64,000 nucleotides of DNA from Negaprion brevirostris (taxonomy: Eukaryota), in NCBI GenBank assembly GCA_030324005.1, contig JARDVH010000193.1, positions 39,597,405 to 39,661,404 of the forward strand, in the 5' to 3' direction. Below, in pieces: positions 49,429-62,679 of the stretch. Position 1 is the first letter of the stretch. Each line of letters starts with the position of its first letter. Both the position numbers and the translations under genes were made by a program. The notes beneath the pieces were generated by a model. The model saw nothing but the letters and a program-made list of their open reading frames with translations. It was not told the origin of the DNA and ran no database searches.

Positions 49429-49724
49429 GCCAGAAGTGAACCAAGGGAGGTTATTTATGCTTCTCAGGTTTTGGTGAAAGGTTCCTGCTTGAAACTTGAA
49501 CTCTGTTTCTCTCACTGTAGCCAGTTAATGCCCTCTAAAGGGCCTCATCCTGTCACCATCGCTATTAATGGTCAGGGGGCTCGCCATGTTGGGAGCACGA
49601 TAAGGAAACCCTGGCAACACCCCCCCAACCCCCATCGCTCACTGAGAGCCTGAGACACTCCTCAATCTGAGACCTTAGGTGTGGTCACCTTCTTCCCAGT
49701 GGTGCTGCTGAGTTTTCTCTTTTA

Positions 49725-49850
49725 TATTCATTCGTGGGACATGGCTGGCCAACATTTATTGCCCATCCCTGCGGGCAGTTGAGAGTCAACCACATCGCTG
49801 TGACTCTGGAGTCACAGGTCAGGTTAGAACGACAGATGTACTTCCCAAAA
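49725..49850 (-). mobile_element. Second SINE family 3' fragment
   Basis: cattcgtgggacatggctggccaacatttattgccc...gagagtcaaccacatcgctgtgactctggagtcaca. Confidence 0.7.
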
Positions 49851-49889
49851 GGATTCCATGCTGTAAACCTCTATAACTCTACGATTAAT

Positions 49890-50530
49890 GGACAGAGTGG
49901 TGAAGAAGGCACTCGACACGTTTGGTTTCATTGGTTAGAACATTGAATGCAGGAGTTAGGGTGTCTTGTTCAAGATGTACAAGACATTGGTAAGGCCACA
50001 CTTGGAATACTGTGCGCAGTTCTGGTCACCCGATTATAGAAAGGAGATTATTACATTCGAAAGAGTACAGAAAAGATTTACTAGGATGCTGCTGGGACTT
50101 GATGGATTATAAGGAGAGGCTGAATAGACTGGGACTTTTTTCTCTGGAGCGTAGAAGACTGACAGGTGATCTTATGAAGGTCTATAAAATAATAATCAGC
50201 TAGATAGCCAATATCTTTTCCCAAAGGTAGGAGAGTCTAAAACTAGAGGGCGTAGGTTTAAGGTGAGAGAGGAGAGATACAAAAGTGTCCAGAGAGGCAA
50301 TTTTTTCACACAGAGGGTGGTGAGTGTCTGGAACAAGCTGCCAGAGGTAGTAGTAGAGGTGGGTACAACTTTTTCTTTTAAAAAGCATTTAGATAGTTAC
50401 ATGGGTAAAATGGATACAGAGGGATATGGGCAAATGCGGACAGTTGGGATTAGTTTAGGGATTAAAAAAAAAAGTTGGGCCGAAGAACCTGTTTCCATGC
50501 TGTAAATCTCTATGACTTTATGACTCTATT
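49890..50530 (+). mobile_element. CR1/HER1-like LINE 3' end
   Basis: LVRPHLEYCAQFWSP, RLNRLGLFSLERRRL, NFFTQRVVSVWNKLP; (tatgactc)n tail. Confidence 0.9.
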
Positions 50531-50534
50531 CTAA

Positions 50535-51055
50535 CCTTGCAAGTGGTTATGCTTAGCAAAGTTGCCCTGGGATTTTGGATTAGACAGGATCACATGGCAT
50601 TGTGGTTTATGTGCGGTTCTGGATTATGTCTAGAAAATAAACAGGCTTTTTCCAGAGAGGAGTTGGAGTTTGGCTGCCCTGGTTGAAGTTAGCAGAGTTA
50701 TACCAGCTACTGAAAGCTCTATATCTCTCTGAGAAAAGTCCAAGGTTGTCTAAGCTATTTATAGCAAATATATTTGTGATTACTAACTATATTTTATCTG
50801 GGTTTTAAGTGTCTAAGAAGAATGTTATTTATTTGGAACTGAAATCAAACAGAGTTAAACTGCTTCATTTTGTTTGAGTTATACTTGAGCTGTGTCGTGA
50901 AGAAAGTTTGTTTTGATAAAAAAAAATTCCTAATTTGTTAGTGAAATTACTCCTGGAGCATAACATCTTTCCCTCACATTTATTGCAAAATAGAAAATTG
51001 TTGGGGTCGAGACTGGCTTCAAACTACACCTTGGGGTTCTGGTCTGGGATCCGTG
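50535..51055 (+). mobile_element. LTR-like fragment
   Basis: 3' part resembles 38900-39037 (aaattgttgggg...ctgggatccgt). Confidence 0.4.
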
Positions 51056-51149
51056 CCCAGCTGATTGTAGGAGGTCACCTTTGGTAAGTGAGAATCTTCT
51101 AACCAAATGGCCAATCCAGGGAAGCTAAGCTCTAGTATAAAAAGTCCAA

Positions 51150-51435
51150 AAGTTTATTTGTTAGTCACAAGTAGGCTTACATTAACACTGCAGTGAAGTT
51201 ACTGTGAAAATCCCCTAATTGCCACACTCCAGCATCTGATTGGGTACACTGAGGGAGAATTTAGCATGGCCAATGCACCTAACCAGCACATCTTTCAGAC
51301 TGTGAGAGGAAACCAGAGCACCCGAAGGAAACCCCTGCAGACACAGGGAGAACTTGCAGGCACTGCACAGACAGCGACCCAAGGTCTCTGGCGCTGTGAG
51401 GTAGCAGTGTTAACCATTTTGCCACCATGCTGCCC
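51150..51435 (-). mobile_element. HE1-like V-SINE, tail B
   Basis: aagtttatttgttagtcacaagtaggcttacattaacactgc...gccaccatgctgccc. Confidence 0.9.
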
Positions 51436-52428
51436 AGTGTGCTACCGTGCAACCCATAGGTGGACTGTTTAGGACTGTTATCAGGAGGTTTGTCATACGA
51501 AGAGTGTGTAAATACTCTGGATTCACTTAAGAACCAATTAAATCCTGCAATGTGGAGACTTTAAGAGTCTTTCCTAACTCATAATTCTCTTGGAATCTTG
51601 TACTTCGCCAGCAATGTCAACCCCATTGCAAACAAAATAAATACAATGCTAAATTAAAACCATATCAAATTGTTGATTGGTTCCAGGGACACTTGAAGAA
51701 CTAATGGGTGGGACGTGGGAATTTCTGTATCCTGCAGAGCCTCTGAAGTTTGTATATTTACAAACTAACACTAAAGATCCTGTTCAAATTATGTCCACCT
51801 AGATACACTCCTTCCTTTATAAGGCTTGAAAGTGGTTGCACAAACCTGATCATTGTCATTGGAGATATAAACAGACAAATGCTCAATGGGTCCATTTCAC
51901 ATTGTGTTGTCTGTTGGTTTAGCAGAGGCATTGATTTATTCAAAAAAGCTGTTACTGTTTGTATTGGGGACAGCAATCGGAGGAATCTTATATCATGGTA
52001 TTAAGGATTTCTGCACTAATATTGCCAACAGTAATTTCTAAATTATGTTCAATTCCACATATCAAAGAAGAAAAGTCAGGCACTATGTGACTGTTCCTTT
52101 GAGGGTAACACCGCAGAAGAGGGTCACCAATTTGGACTGAGAGTGGGTAACACTCCAGGCAGAAGATAGTCTGAAGGCGTGTAGAATACGTGTAGGCACT
52201 GGGGCAGCCAGTGAGGCTACTCTCAGGCAGTCAGGCGTCTGCTGCCCTCTGTACAGTTTTTCCTTGTTAATTAATACCCTATGTTCTTGACAAAGTTTAT
52301 AGCATGCTTCATTGCAGGAACACTTTTGTTTGTTTGGTTTTATTTCTGTTTAATAATGTTTGTGTTTAGGGAAGTCTTATAAACAAGATGGGTATTAGTT
52401 TATCATGTTTACTAAATTCAGACATCAT

Positions 52429-53479
52429 GGCCTGGATTTTCACTGAACCAAGTTGACTGGGGGATCCTTTAAACATGATGGGTGGGTCTCAATTCTGGCA
52501 TTCCCAACCCCATTACAAGGCTTTCTGATTTTCGGGAGTGCCTTTAAAGGCTGCAGGCTGGTTCCTGCCAAAAGCCCCCACTGGCCTGCTTCACTGCAGG
52601 GATAGGCCCATTCTACTTCTTACTGAGTCGGCCAAGTCTTTTAAGACATTAGTTCACTGCACCTCAGAGGAGCTGTGAACCTTAATCTGCATGATGGAAG
52701 CTTATAAATTGTAAGTTTAAAAGGTCTTCCTCATGCCCCCAATGCCTAGCTCTGCCCTTCCACCAAATCATCAGTACTCTAATAGTTATCTGGGCTCTCA
52801 GCTAAGTATGCACAATGAGACTTGGCTCGGAACTCTGACAGCCCTTAGAGTAGGAAAATACCCGTGCACCAGAGAAAATATTGTTTGACATTTCAGCCTC
52901 TCTGATCTCTGCTATCAATTTCACAATGTTTATTTACACAAGATTAAGTGCTTTCAAGGGTTTTTGTTACTTTAAAGGTTCTGTGTGATTGACACTTTGA
53001 TTAGCTTTTACTGAAATTATTTTTCTCAACAGAAAATTATGAATTAATTATTTGCAAAGCTTTTTTTTACACATACCACAGTCATGAAAGGGATTATTGG
53101 TTCTCACTACATGATGGGTCAATGGGTATGGAAGTCCATTGATTGGCATAGGGGGCATGATGGCCATAAGGGGTGGATGGGGAGCAGGAGGTGACATGGG
53201 GAGTTTTTGGAGCATGAGGGTTTAGGGGTGGCGAGCCTTTGTATTTTTGTTTTAACTGGGATGAAGTTCCAAAGCACCAGCATAAACCATTTAAACAGCC
53301 CTTCTCTACAGCCAATGCCCCAGTGGCTACCTCCAAACCTGTTCCCAGGTCTGCTGGGAACATGCCTGTGCCCAGCAATGAACATCCTGTCTATGTGGGC
53401 ACTTTCTCCTGAGGCAGGCACACCGAGCTGGGGTTTTTCCTGACAAGCGCTTCCCATCTGGAAGATGGAAATCCAGGCC
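52429..53479. mobile_element. Non-autonomous Harbinger-type element
   Basis: TIRs GGCCTGGATTTTCA / TGGAAATCCAGGCC (13/14 match); flanks CAT and TAT (possible decayed 3-bp TSD). Confidence 0.7.
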
Positions 53480-54239
53480 TATATCTGAATTTCTGCCTGT
53501 ATATTAATTTTAGAGTTTACCTATGAGCAATATCTTGTTATCGTAAAAATCTGATGATTTAAGGAAACATGAGATTCAGAAGCATGACTCACACATTATT
53601 AACAAAGGCAAAGTAGTTCATACAACAATAGAGAGCTATTGAGAAATTATGTAACCAATGAATGGGGATTTGATAAAGATTGACTCAATGTTTCCCTAAG
53701 CACTTTTATAATTAAATTCAATTTTGTGGTATTTACATGGAAGTATCCCAAAAGTTAAAATCGTGACTCAAGATTCACTTCACTGTCATAAATGCAATGG
53801 CATGAAACTCCTGCTCACCCTGCCCATAGACTGTGGATGCTGTCCCAAATTCTCAGTCATTTACATACCCAGAGTAAGCCACCAGTATCTGCAAGGACAT
53901 CAGTAATGGCAGCTGTTCTGGGATCTGATAAGGAGTCATCATCAACCTGACACATTTGACTCAGCCCTGATCTACTCTTGTAAGGAGCTGAAACCAGACC
54001 TGCTCAGCCCAAGGTGCTCCCTTAGCCCACTAGCCCCCAGCCAATTCAAGGATCCACTAATCCCTGATTGATTATGTAGCCGAATAATGCTTTCCAACAT
54101 TTGAGAAAGCCTCTTGGAAAATATGAATTTCACTTAAGCCTTTCAAGGCTTTTTACAGGCTGAAATTTCTGTTGAAGCCCAGGAACTCCTTTAAACACAA
54201 CGCCTTGATGTGGGGTTTGGCTTTTGGAGCTCAGGCAGA

Positions 54240-55120
54240 AGACTTTAACATTATGCTTATGCCACTTTCAGCTTTTCCTTTGCATAAGCTCACTCTCAAC
54301 AGTTCCTCTCTACCCTTTTTCATTTTCAGCTTTCCCTCTGCAAAAACTCTATTTTTTCCTTAGACATTTCACATTCAAAATCCTTTTTGCACTGCCTAAT
54401 TTTAGTTTTCCATTTTCACAGTAACTTCATTGCAGTGTTAATGTAAGCCTACTAGCGACACTAATAAATAAATATTTCCCCATCTAATCCTTTCTCCTGC
54501 AGGTTCTTTTTCTTAATTTTATCTCTTACAGATTTCCCACATTTGGCTTTGTTTCTATATGTTTCCATTGCCAGCCTTCTTGCCATGCATTTCTGCTATC
54601 TTCTTTCAACATATTGTCTGCTGTCCCTCGAAATGTATCACACACTCACATTTCCTCTGCATATTTCCCATTCTTATCTCTCAACCCTAAATATTTGACT
54701 CACCTTTATATACATGTCATACACCTAAATTCCATCTTTATGTCACTCACAGGCTTCGCTTCAACATTTCCCACTCTCCATGAAACATACCCTATTCTCA
54801 GCTTCTGCTCCACACATTTTTCTCTCTTAGTATTCACTATAAGCATTTCCGCTCTCCATCCTCCCTTCCACTCACACGCTGCATACATTCCTCACTTTAA
54901 GCAGTCCCATGACACATTTTCCCTTTACCTTCAGAGACTTCCAATTTCATCCATCCTTCTCGGCTGTCCTTTGGCACATTTCTGCACGTAACTCTATTGA
55001 TGTCCACTGTGAGCCTCCTCCTAATGCACTGCCATTCCCTAAACTTACCCTTACACATTTTCACTTGAAATTTTCTCTACAAATTCCTACTCTCACTTTT
55101 TCCTTAAGTGTGCCCTGACC
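54240..55120 (+). repeat. Pyrimidine-rich low-complexity tract
   Basis: Strong C/T skew with few G over ~900 bp. Confidence 0.55.
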
Positions 55121-58087
55121 TGATTCTTTAATTAATGCATACCATGATTCTAGCTGTTCTCGAAATGGGAATAAAGAAAAATCCATAAGTGAAAANNNNN
55201 NNNNNGTGGAGGAAAATTGAGTGTAGCGCAAATCTCCAAAATTCAATCTGTTTGACCCCTGTCAAAATTTATCCCAGAATTAGAATTCACTCTTGCAATC
55301 TGTGAAATGCTATCATCAAGTAGTACTAGTGTACAGACGTATACATCCAGTAAATTATTTATAAGTCTTCATGAATTGAAACTTACAAAGAAACAAATGT
55401 TCTTACCATTTCATTCACTTACAAGATAGAACAGTTAACACTTCTGTGGGACACACTGTGAAATTATCTTTTTTAAAATTCACAAAAAGTATTTGTTCTT
55501 AACATTGCATTTCAATCTGAACTATTTCACGTTGCAAGTTGTTAGGAGTTAAAATGCATCACTTTCTCAGTTATGTAAATCCAGTTCAAAGCATTGTTCC
55601 CTTTGATTGGATTAAAACTTCCCAACTGCAGTAAGTGTAACCAAAGACCTACTAAGAACACATTATTTTCAAGGTAAGAACAGATGTTTCTTAATCTACC
55701 GGCACCATACATTAGGGTATTCAGATTATTCCATGGTATGTTACTGTGAATAACTTACTTGCTCCATCATTATGTGGGTCATTAAAGACATAAACGAGCT
55801 TTTATGCTCTGGTTTCATACAGCTGTCAGCAGCCAGTGCTGCGATAAGTGCATTTTTTTTAGCAAATGCTTTGCACTTTGAAAAATCAAAACAACTCCTA
55901 TTGCACAGCACCCAGAGGATAAGGGGCTGTTTTGTGATCGGTTTACATTTCTGGTTGTTCACAGTTAATTACTGAAATCCAAACATGTCGTGAAGGCATA
56001 CAGCTTCTGCTAAGAGTATATCAACAAGGTGAGCGAGCATTCAAATCGAAACACAGAGACTGTCGTAAGTGTTCGCAATATCGTAAGTGTTCCATGGTGG
56101 GGTCACAAATGTGTGATTTGGCGGATGTGACCTCCGCATATCAGCGTTACAAAGGTGTATGGGGGAGGGGTCGTTTATTCTCTTAAACAGGGCAGATTCC
56201 AGGCCAGCCTCGACCCACTCATTGTTGACTTCCTAACAAAAACAGCCCTCGACAGCTGAGGAAGAGAATTATTAGGGGTGTTGGAATAGGAAATGTCCAA
56301 GGTTCCTGACATATTGTGATTGGCTCCAAGTAGAGGGAAGCGGCAAGGCAGAGTCAGCCCCGAAGGGTGCTCAACTGTGCTGTTTAAACATACACAACTG
56401 CATCCTCATACAAGCAGATGGTAAAAAATAACTTTTGCGGAAACCTGCAATGAACTTGTCTTGCTTTCACTCTAGGGACTATTAAGAAACTCAACCAAAG
56501 GGTAAGAGTATGGAATCAATTTTTTTCAGCATCTGCACTTCAAACGTCCTCTAAATGATTCTGTCATCAACACAAAATGGGAAAAGTTACAATTTATATA
56601 ACAAATTGGGTAATTAGGGACTTGAGCATAAATGACAATTCTTCCTTAATACCTGAACAAACATTGTAACTGGACTCGGTGGATTATAAGGAAATAGCCA
56701 CTTTAGTGAACTACATGCACCATTGACAAGCACTCAAGCAACGATATTGAAAATGGAAAGAGTTGAGAAGTACTGAAAATGTTTCACAAGGTTCAGTCAC
56801 AGCTTGCAGTACAAAATAAATTGCCGGTTTCAGGATTTATTCTCATAGTCAAGGGAACACCGTAACCTTGGTATAAAAAAGACTGTAGCCTACTCCATTA
56901 AATGTATACATAAAGATGTTCTGCTTTTCTCTTAAAGAGTGCAAAGGCAAAAATTATTGCCAAAAGCTGACACAAATGAATTCCAGTTTTCTATTGTGCA
57001 ATGGGTATTGCATAGGAATTGTGCAATGCGCCTTATGGATTCTACACACCAAATGAGGCAAATTTACCAATACAGTGGGGTAAAAAGAATTGAGTGTGCA
57101 ATCCTGTAACCCATACAATTAATTTTAACTCTTACCTGTGGGAGGAATGCATGTAAACAGCTCTCCTTAAGCAGATAATGCACCATTAGTCTTGTTGGAA
57201 AAATAGTGACTACTTTGCAAAATATGACTGATTCTCTGGGCTGCTACCTCAATGAGATTGTTTAACACAAAGCTCAAGTACATATAGAGAATATCAATGC
57301 TATATGATTGTACGTGCACACAGCTATCAGCTGTGGAGGGGATGGAGGGCAGTGTGGGGAACTACCCTATTTTGCATTTCTATGTTCTCCCCTCATCTGG
57401 GTAAGTACATTGCCTTCTCTCATAAATCCACACATTTAGCTTCCTACTGGATATCCTCATGGAGAGGTGGAGATGGAAAAAATAGGGGAAACAAAGCTTT
57501 CCTTCGTACCGGGGCTAAATTTATCTTATCATGAGTAAATTCACTTATCCTGAGTGCACCAGCAAAATATTTACTCTGTTTCGGTGTTCTCTTGTTCAAA
57601 AGCCATTTCTTCTTCCCTATTAATTTCCATAGAAACTGGTTCTGTTAAAGCAATAATGATACTAATGGAAACACTTCTGCATTTGATAATTGTGAAACCC
57701 ATCAGAACAAAGCACATGTAGGCATCATAATAAATGCCCTTATTTTACATTCTTTTTCATCAGTAAGGAAGTGACATCTAATTAAGAGCATGTACGGCCC
57801 TGATCAAGTGCCTGGAAAACTATTTAATAGTGGACCCTTAAAACGGTCATCAGCAGGATCATTAACCTCAATCAAAGAGAAATTTTGCATTACTTGGCAG
57901 ATTGCCTGGGACTACTTTCAGGTATCTCAGTGACCCTGGGAGAACTAAAAACTTCTTTGCTGATGCATTCTGCTGAATAGAAAACAAAATCTCAAAAAAA
58001 ATTAGGAGTTTTCTGGGAAATCCCATTTGCTTTCCTTCCATGAAGATATTTTCACCAGTATGACCATATAAACTTCAGCACAGTCAT

Positions 58088-58362
58088 TAATGCTGCTGCC
58101 TCACAGTGTCAGGGACCAACACTCGAATCCCAGCTTGGGTCACTGTCTGTGTGGAATCTGTACATTCTTCCCATGTCTGCGTGGGTTTTCTCCAGGGGTG
58201 CTCCGGTTTCCTCCCACAGTCCAAAAGACGTGCTGGTTAGGTGCACTGGCCATGCTAAATACTCCCTCAGTGTACCTGAACAGGCGACTAGGTGATTTTT
58301 ACAGTAACCTCGTTGCAGTGTTAATGTAAGCCTGCTTGTGACTACTTGTTAAATAAACTTAA
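58088..58362 (+). mobile_element. HE1-like V-SINE, tail B
   Basis: tgctgcctcacag...gcagtgttaatgtaagcctgcttgtgac...aaataaactt. Confidence 0.88.
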
Positions 58363-59188
58363 ATTTACACAANNNNNNNNNNNNNNNNNNNNNNNNNNNN
58401 NNNNNNNNNNNNNNNNNNNNNNNNNNNNNNNNNNNNNNNNNNNNNNNNNNNNNNNNNNNNNNNNNNNNNNNNTTACACAACACAGTTATAAATGCAACTT
58501 CCCTGCTGGTGTGACTTTGTTGACAGAAAATATATTAATCATGTATCCGCTGTACTTAGACTGAATAAGCAAGTACCAGTCTATTATCCACCAAATATCA
58601 AAGAGCAGCAATATCATTGTGGTGGCCCAACATACATTCAAGCCTACCAATTCTTTCACATTCAGTGTGGTGTGAAATTGTGGTCATGATCTTCCGCCTT
58701 CCCACCTGAGAAATGTGATCACTTGTGCATTGTGCTTGTAAAGCCTGGTTAGAGAAAGAGAAAGATGTGGAGGCAGTATTACCTCTACATTCATAGCATT
58801 GGGGAGTTAGAGTGATTCACGTTTGGCTTATTCTGTGTAAAAAGCAATCACTATTTTTTTAAGGACCGATTTTAACTCAGGAAGAGGGATGAAGAAGGTA
58901 TGGTAGGGGTTCACGCTGTGCTCCCAATAAGTTCCTGAGGGGACCTAAACTAACTGGTAGTGTTGCACATTGAAGATGTAGCTGGATGCACACCTAATGT
59001 GCTCATCCCTTTTCAAATTCCTTCAGTCTAAATTTCTGCAATAGCAACCATCCTGAGCCCCTCGAGCTAATGCCACCAATGACAACTTCTATGACTATGC
59101 TGTACATTCTTTTTTTCCCTCAAAGGTACTAAATGGATTAAATTAGTTCTTTCTTTCCACAGCCCACCGTAAAAGTTTAATATTGCTG

Positions 59189-59243
59189 ATAGAATCATAG
59201 AATCCCTACAATAGAGAAGGGGGCCATTCGGCCCATCGAGTCT
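59189..59243 (-). mobile_element. HE1/CR1 tail-only fragment
   Basis: atagaatcatagaatccctaca...ggccattcggcccatcgagtctg. Confidence 0.75.
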
Positions 59244-60019
59244 GGACAGTGGATGTGGCTAAATTGAATTGCTACTGACATTGAAGAAACAATCTCTGTG
59301 GTAAGAGGTTCTTTTCCTGACAGCAATTTAAATTTGACTCCAAGTCAAGACTCTTGGCATGCAGCAGCACTGATGTCTGCAAGCAAGTAAGAGGCCATCA
59401 CACTGAAGTAATCTCACACATAGCAAATCAGGAAGTTAATAGCATTGACTATCCTTCACTTTTATATTGAACTTCTAGAAAACAAAATAAATTATTCTGA
59501 TTCGATTAAGATGGAAGCTAAAATATCACACACAAAGTTTTTTTTAATATAAAGAATTTGTTTATCATAATGGAAAAAATTGACACTCCACAGATGTGAA
59601 ATTAGCTTTTTAGGGCTAGTAAGGGGATTTAGCAGTACATATGAATAGTAAACCCTTAGAAACCCAATTACATCTCATCCAGCAAAGTGTAACTTTTTCA
59701 GGAGATTTACAGTGAAAGTAAAAGTATAAGTATGGAAGTCCTCATCAATTCACAGCACACCTTTCAGAGAAGCAGAGATTTACTGAGAACAACTTCTGGA
59801 TTTCCATGTTATTTTACATATGTGTGGATTCCAGACATTGCCATCAGTTTCACCATCATTGCCACTACAAAATCCTATCTAAGCAACTTTAAAAATGGAC
59901 TATGAATTTGGATTGAGATAATTAGAATTGGACACAGATTCCCATATTTATCCAAACATATGTCCAACCTGGTGAAATCCTGGTCCAATTAAAACAGCTT
60001 TGACAAAGAATTGATCAAA

Positions 60020-61107
60020 TATAACTGTGCTTGGAAATGTCAAACATGAGGACATTACAAATTTTTTTAAAACCTGTATACCGTCTTCAAAAAGGATCTT
60101 TAAGATGGTTACCACAGATCACCTAATGTTTAGAAATGCATGTTGGCCAAGCCTCTGGAAGTTTCTAAAAGTGGATTACAATAAACATGTCTATGCAACA
60201 TTCTTGTGGAATGTCACATCAGCCACTGTCCGGATTTACTTCAAAAGAACAAGGACAAGTCTTCAGACTTTCTGACTCCCGATCTGTCAGGCAATAAAGG
60301 AGACCTAATGAAACTGATCTTGCACAAGGAAATGCTGAGGACCTCTATTGTACACTGATGGGTCTGACCATGGGAGATGGAAACTATTTCGTTAATATAA
60401 CCATACTATTGATTGTTTTCCATCGTGTATCAATGGCCAGCCATCACATAACTAAAACCCTTTGATTTTTGAAAGCCTTTTATTATAAAGTCCTGCTTGA
60501 TTTTTCTGCAGCAGACTGCAGAATACAGGAATAACTTCAAAAGAAACATCACTGCTGAGATCAGGTTATAACATCTAGCGATCTACCAAGCCACAAGGCT
60601 TAAAGTTTTAAAGCCTCCTTGAAAGCCTGTTTCCGAAAGATCCTGGGTTTGCTTGGAAAAGAAAAACTGGTCCCCGAGCTACAAGTATTATCAAGACTGT
60701 CTACTCTACTTGCTGTGCATTTCTTATTTTGAAGAAACTCCTGTCTTCAGCTATCTGAACTCGTCTGAACTTCAGTTCCCAAGTGGAAAAGCTCCTCTCA
60801 CTGGACTCCTACAAACCCATGAACTGTTAACAATTCTATTTGGTTTTAATTTTGTATTACATGAAACTCCTTTCTTTGACTGTATCTTTCTTGTTTGTAT
60901 TGGGTGCGTGTGAAGTAGCAATAAACATTGCTGGGGAAAATGCATGCCAATAAAGAGTACCCCTGATTTAAAAATCCATGAAAATTCTGCTGCTAGTCCA
61001 CTTATAACAACTGACCATGGGGGTTTGGGAACGCGCCTCAGCTTTAGCTGAACTAAACTACACTGATTATGGACAGTTGGGTGCTGTCTCCCTCCCCTGC
61101 CTGTAAC
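60020..61107 (+). mobile_element. Solo-LTR-like segment
   Basis: LTR-like organisation with a tgtgtg tract and AATAAA signals (60920-60955); termini uncertain. Confidence 0.4.
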
Positions 61108-61619
61108 TGAATGTACTGTGTCTCACAGTTCATGTTCCTGACAGACCGGTCCTAGAACAACATGAGTTTGAATGCTGTCCGAAGTCAGAGCTGGCTTTTG
61201 TTCAAGGCAGTTGTTAATACGCATAAAGGAAATGAATTTTGCTGATTAATTTGGATAATGTGATTTAAAGGAAAATGTATTACCTAGGTGTGCCCCTGGA
61301 TGATTGCTGAAATTTACTAATTTCACTTACAAAGAATGGATGAACCCTGACACAGTCCAAATCCAACTAATGATTTCATTTAGTGTCCAATGTTTCACAT
61401 TCAACCTCATCCCTCTAGTACTCTCTACAGACTGCAAGCACTATGGCTGATTGCCTTGCCATTGTATAAGTAGACCTTGAGTGAACTTATTCTAGATCAA
61501 CAATAAGAACTCATTAATATGTAAGAGAAATTTCTGCTCACCCCTTCCTTCAGTTACAACAAAAAGCAATAATTTGTATTCTTGAAATTAAAGTGGTATT
61601 TAAGCTATTCTTTATCAAT

Positions 61620-61740
61620 GTCAACATAATCCATAAGACAAGTCTCAGTTTAACATTTTAAATGAAAGATTTCACCTCCGTGAATACGGCACCCCATCAA
61701 TGCTGCACTGGAATGTTAGTGTGGAATATGATCTGAAACT
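61620..61740 (-). mobile_element. DeuSINE 5' fragment
   Basis: ctcagtttaacatt...gctgcactggaatgttag. Confidence 0.5.
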
Positions 61741-61964
61741 TCAGGATTTACCGGATAACAGTAACCATAGGGAGGAATTGCTTCCCTTTCCTCTATCAAT
61801 TCAAACAATGGAGCTCATGAAATTGGATGTAACATTGACAAAGGGAAAATGTGAACAATGCAATTAGAATGCAATTTTCACAACTCCAGAAAAGATGAAG
61901 AGAACAGACTCTGAAATAATCATTTATGCCCCTGACATCCTTTCCTAACCCACTAACAATCTGT

Positions 61965-62310
61965 ATGTCAGCTAGGCTCAGCTGGTAGCACGCTTACTTC
62001 TGGGTCACAAGGTTGCAAACTTGAGCCCCATTAAAAGGGTTTAAGGTCATAACCCACACTGAGACTCCAGTGCAGTACTGAGGGGTGTTGCATTCTTGTA
62101 GTTGATACCTTTCAGATAAACTGATAAACTAAGGCCTGAATTAGGGTTTATGCAGACATTGATGAAGAACAGAGTAGTTCTCACATCCAGGCTAGCATTT
62201 CCCCCCAGGCAATACAACAGATAAACAAGTATTTTTATATGTATATTATATACATATTATTGCTGCTCTTGGACACTGCTCATGCAGGGAAGCAGCCAGA
62301 CATGTTACTG
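61965..62310 (+). mobile_element. DeuSINE (SacSINE1-like), degraded
   Basis: tRNA head ggctcagctggtagcac; actccagtgcagtactgagggg; gaagaacagagtagttctc. Confidence 0.65.
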
Positions 62311-62679
62311 CACTGAAAAGGTACGCTTAAATCAGCAGTACTTATCACAAACAATCACCTATATCCTGCAAACAGCTCTAACAGTTTCCCATAGGAGTCA
62401 ATACAAAGGTGCTGCTTCAAACATTTTAAACACAATGACCATTTGAGGTATTCAATATTCTTGCCTTCATGCACTTAATGGTTTAATAGGTTCTGCTAAT
62501 TTCAGGCAAAGTTGGGTTCTCAAGCATTTCAATCAGCTCTTTGCAGTGTTAAAATATGCTTACTCAGTGTATGTAATTCTGGATGCAACTGCTAACAATT
62601 CCAAAAGGCTATTGTTAAGTGGAAACTTCCCTTCTTTTAAATAAAAAAAATGAATGTATGTTGGTTTCTTTAGTGTCAT

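Noticed and set aside
53920-53965. Possible further hammerhead remnant (ctgataaggagtc...gacacatt); similar weak case at 49465-49515
   Set aside because: Too degenerate to support from sequence alone.
56062-56092. Direct repeat tcgtaagtgttc x2
   Set aside because: Only two short units, not an array; no CRISPR-like or satellite structure anywhere in the window.
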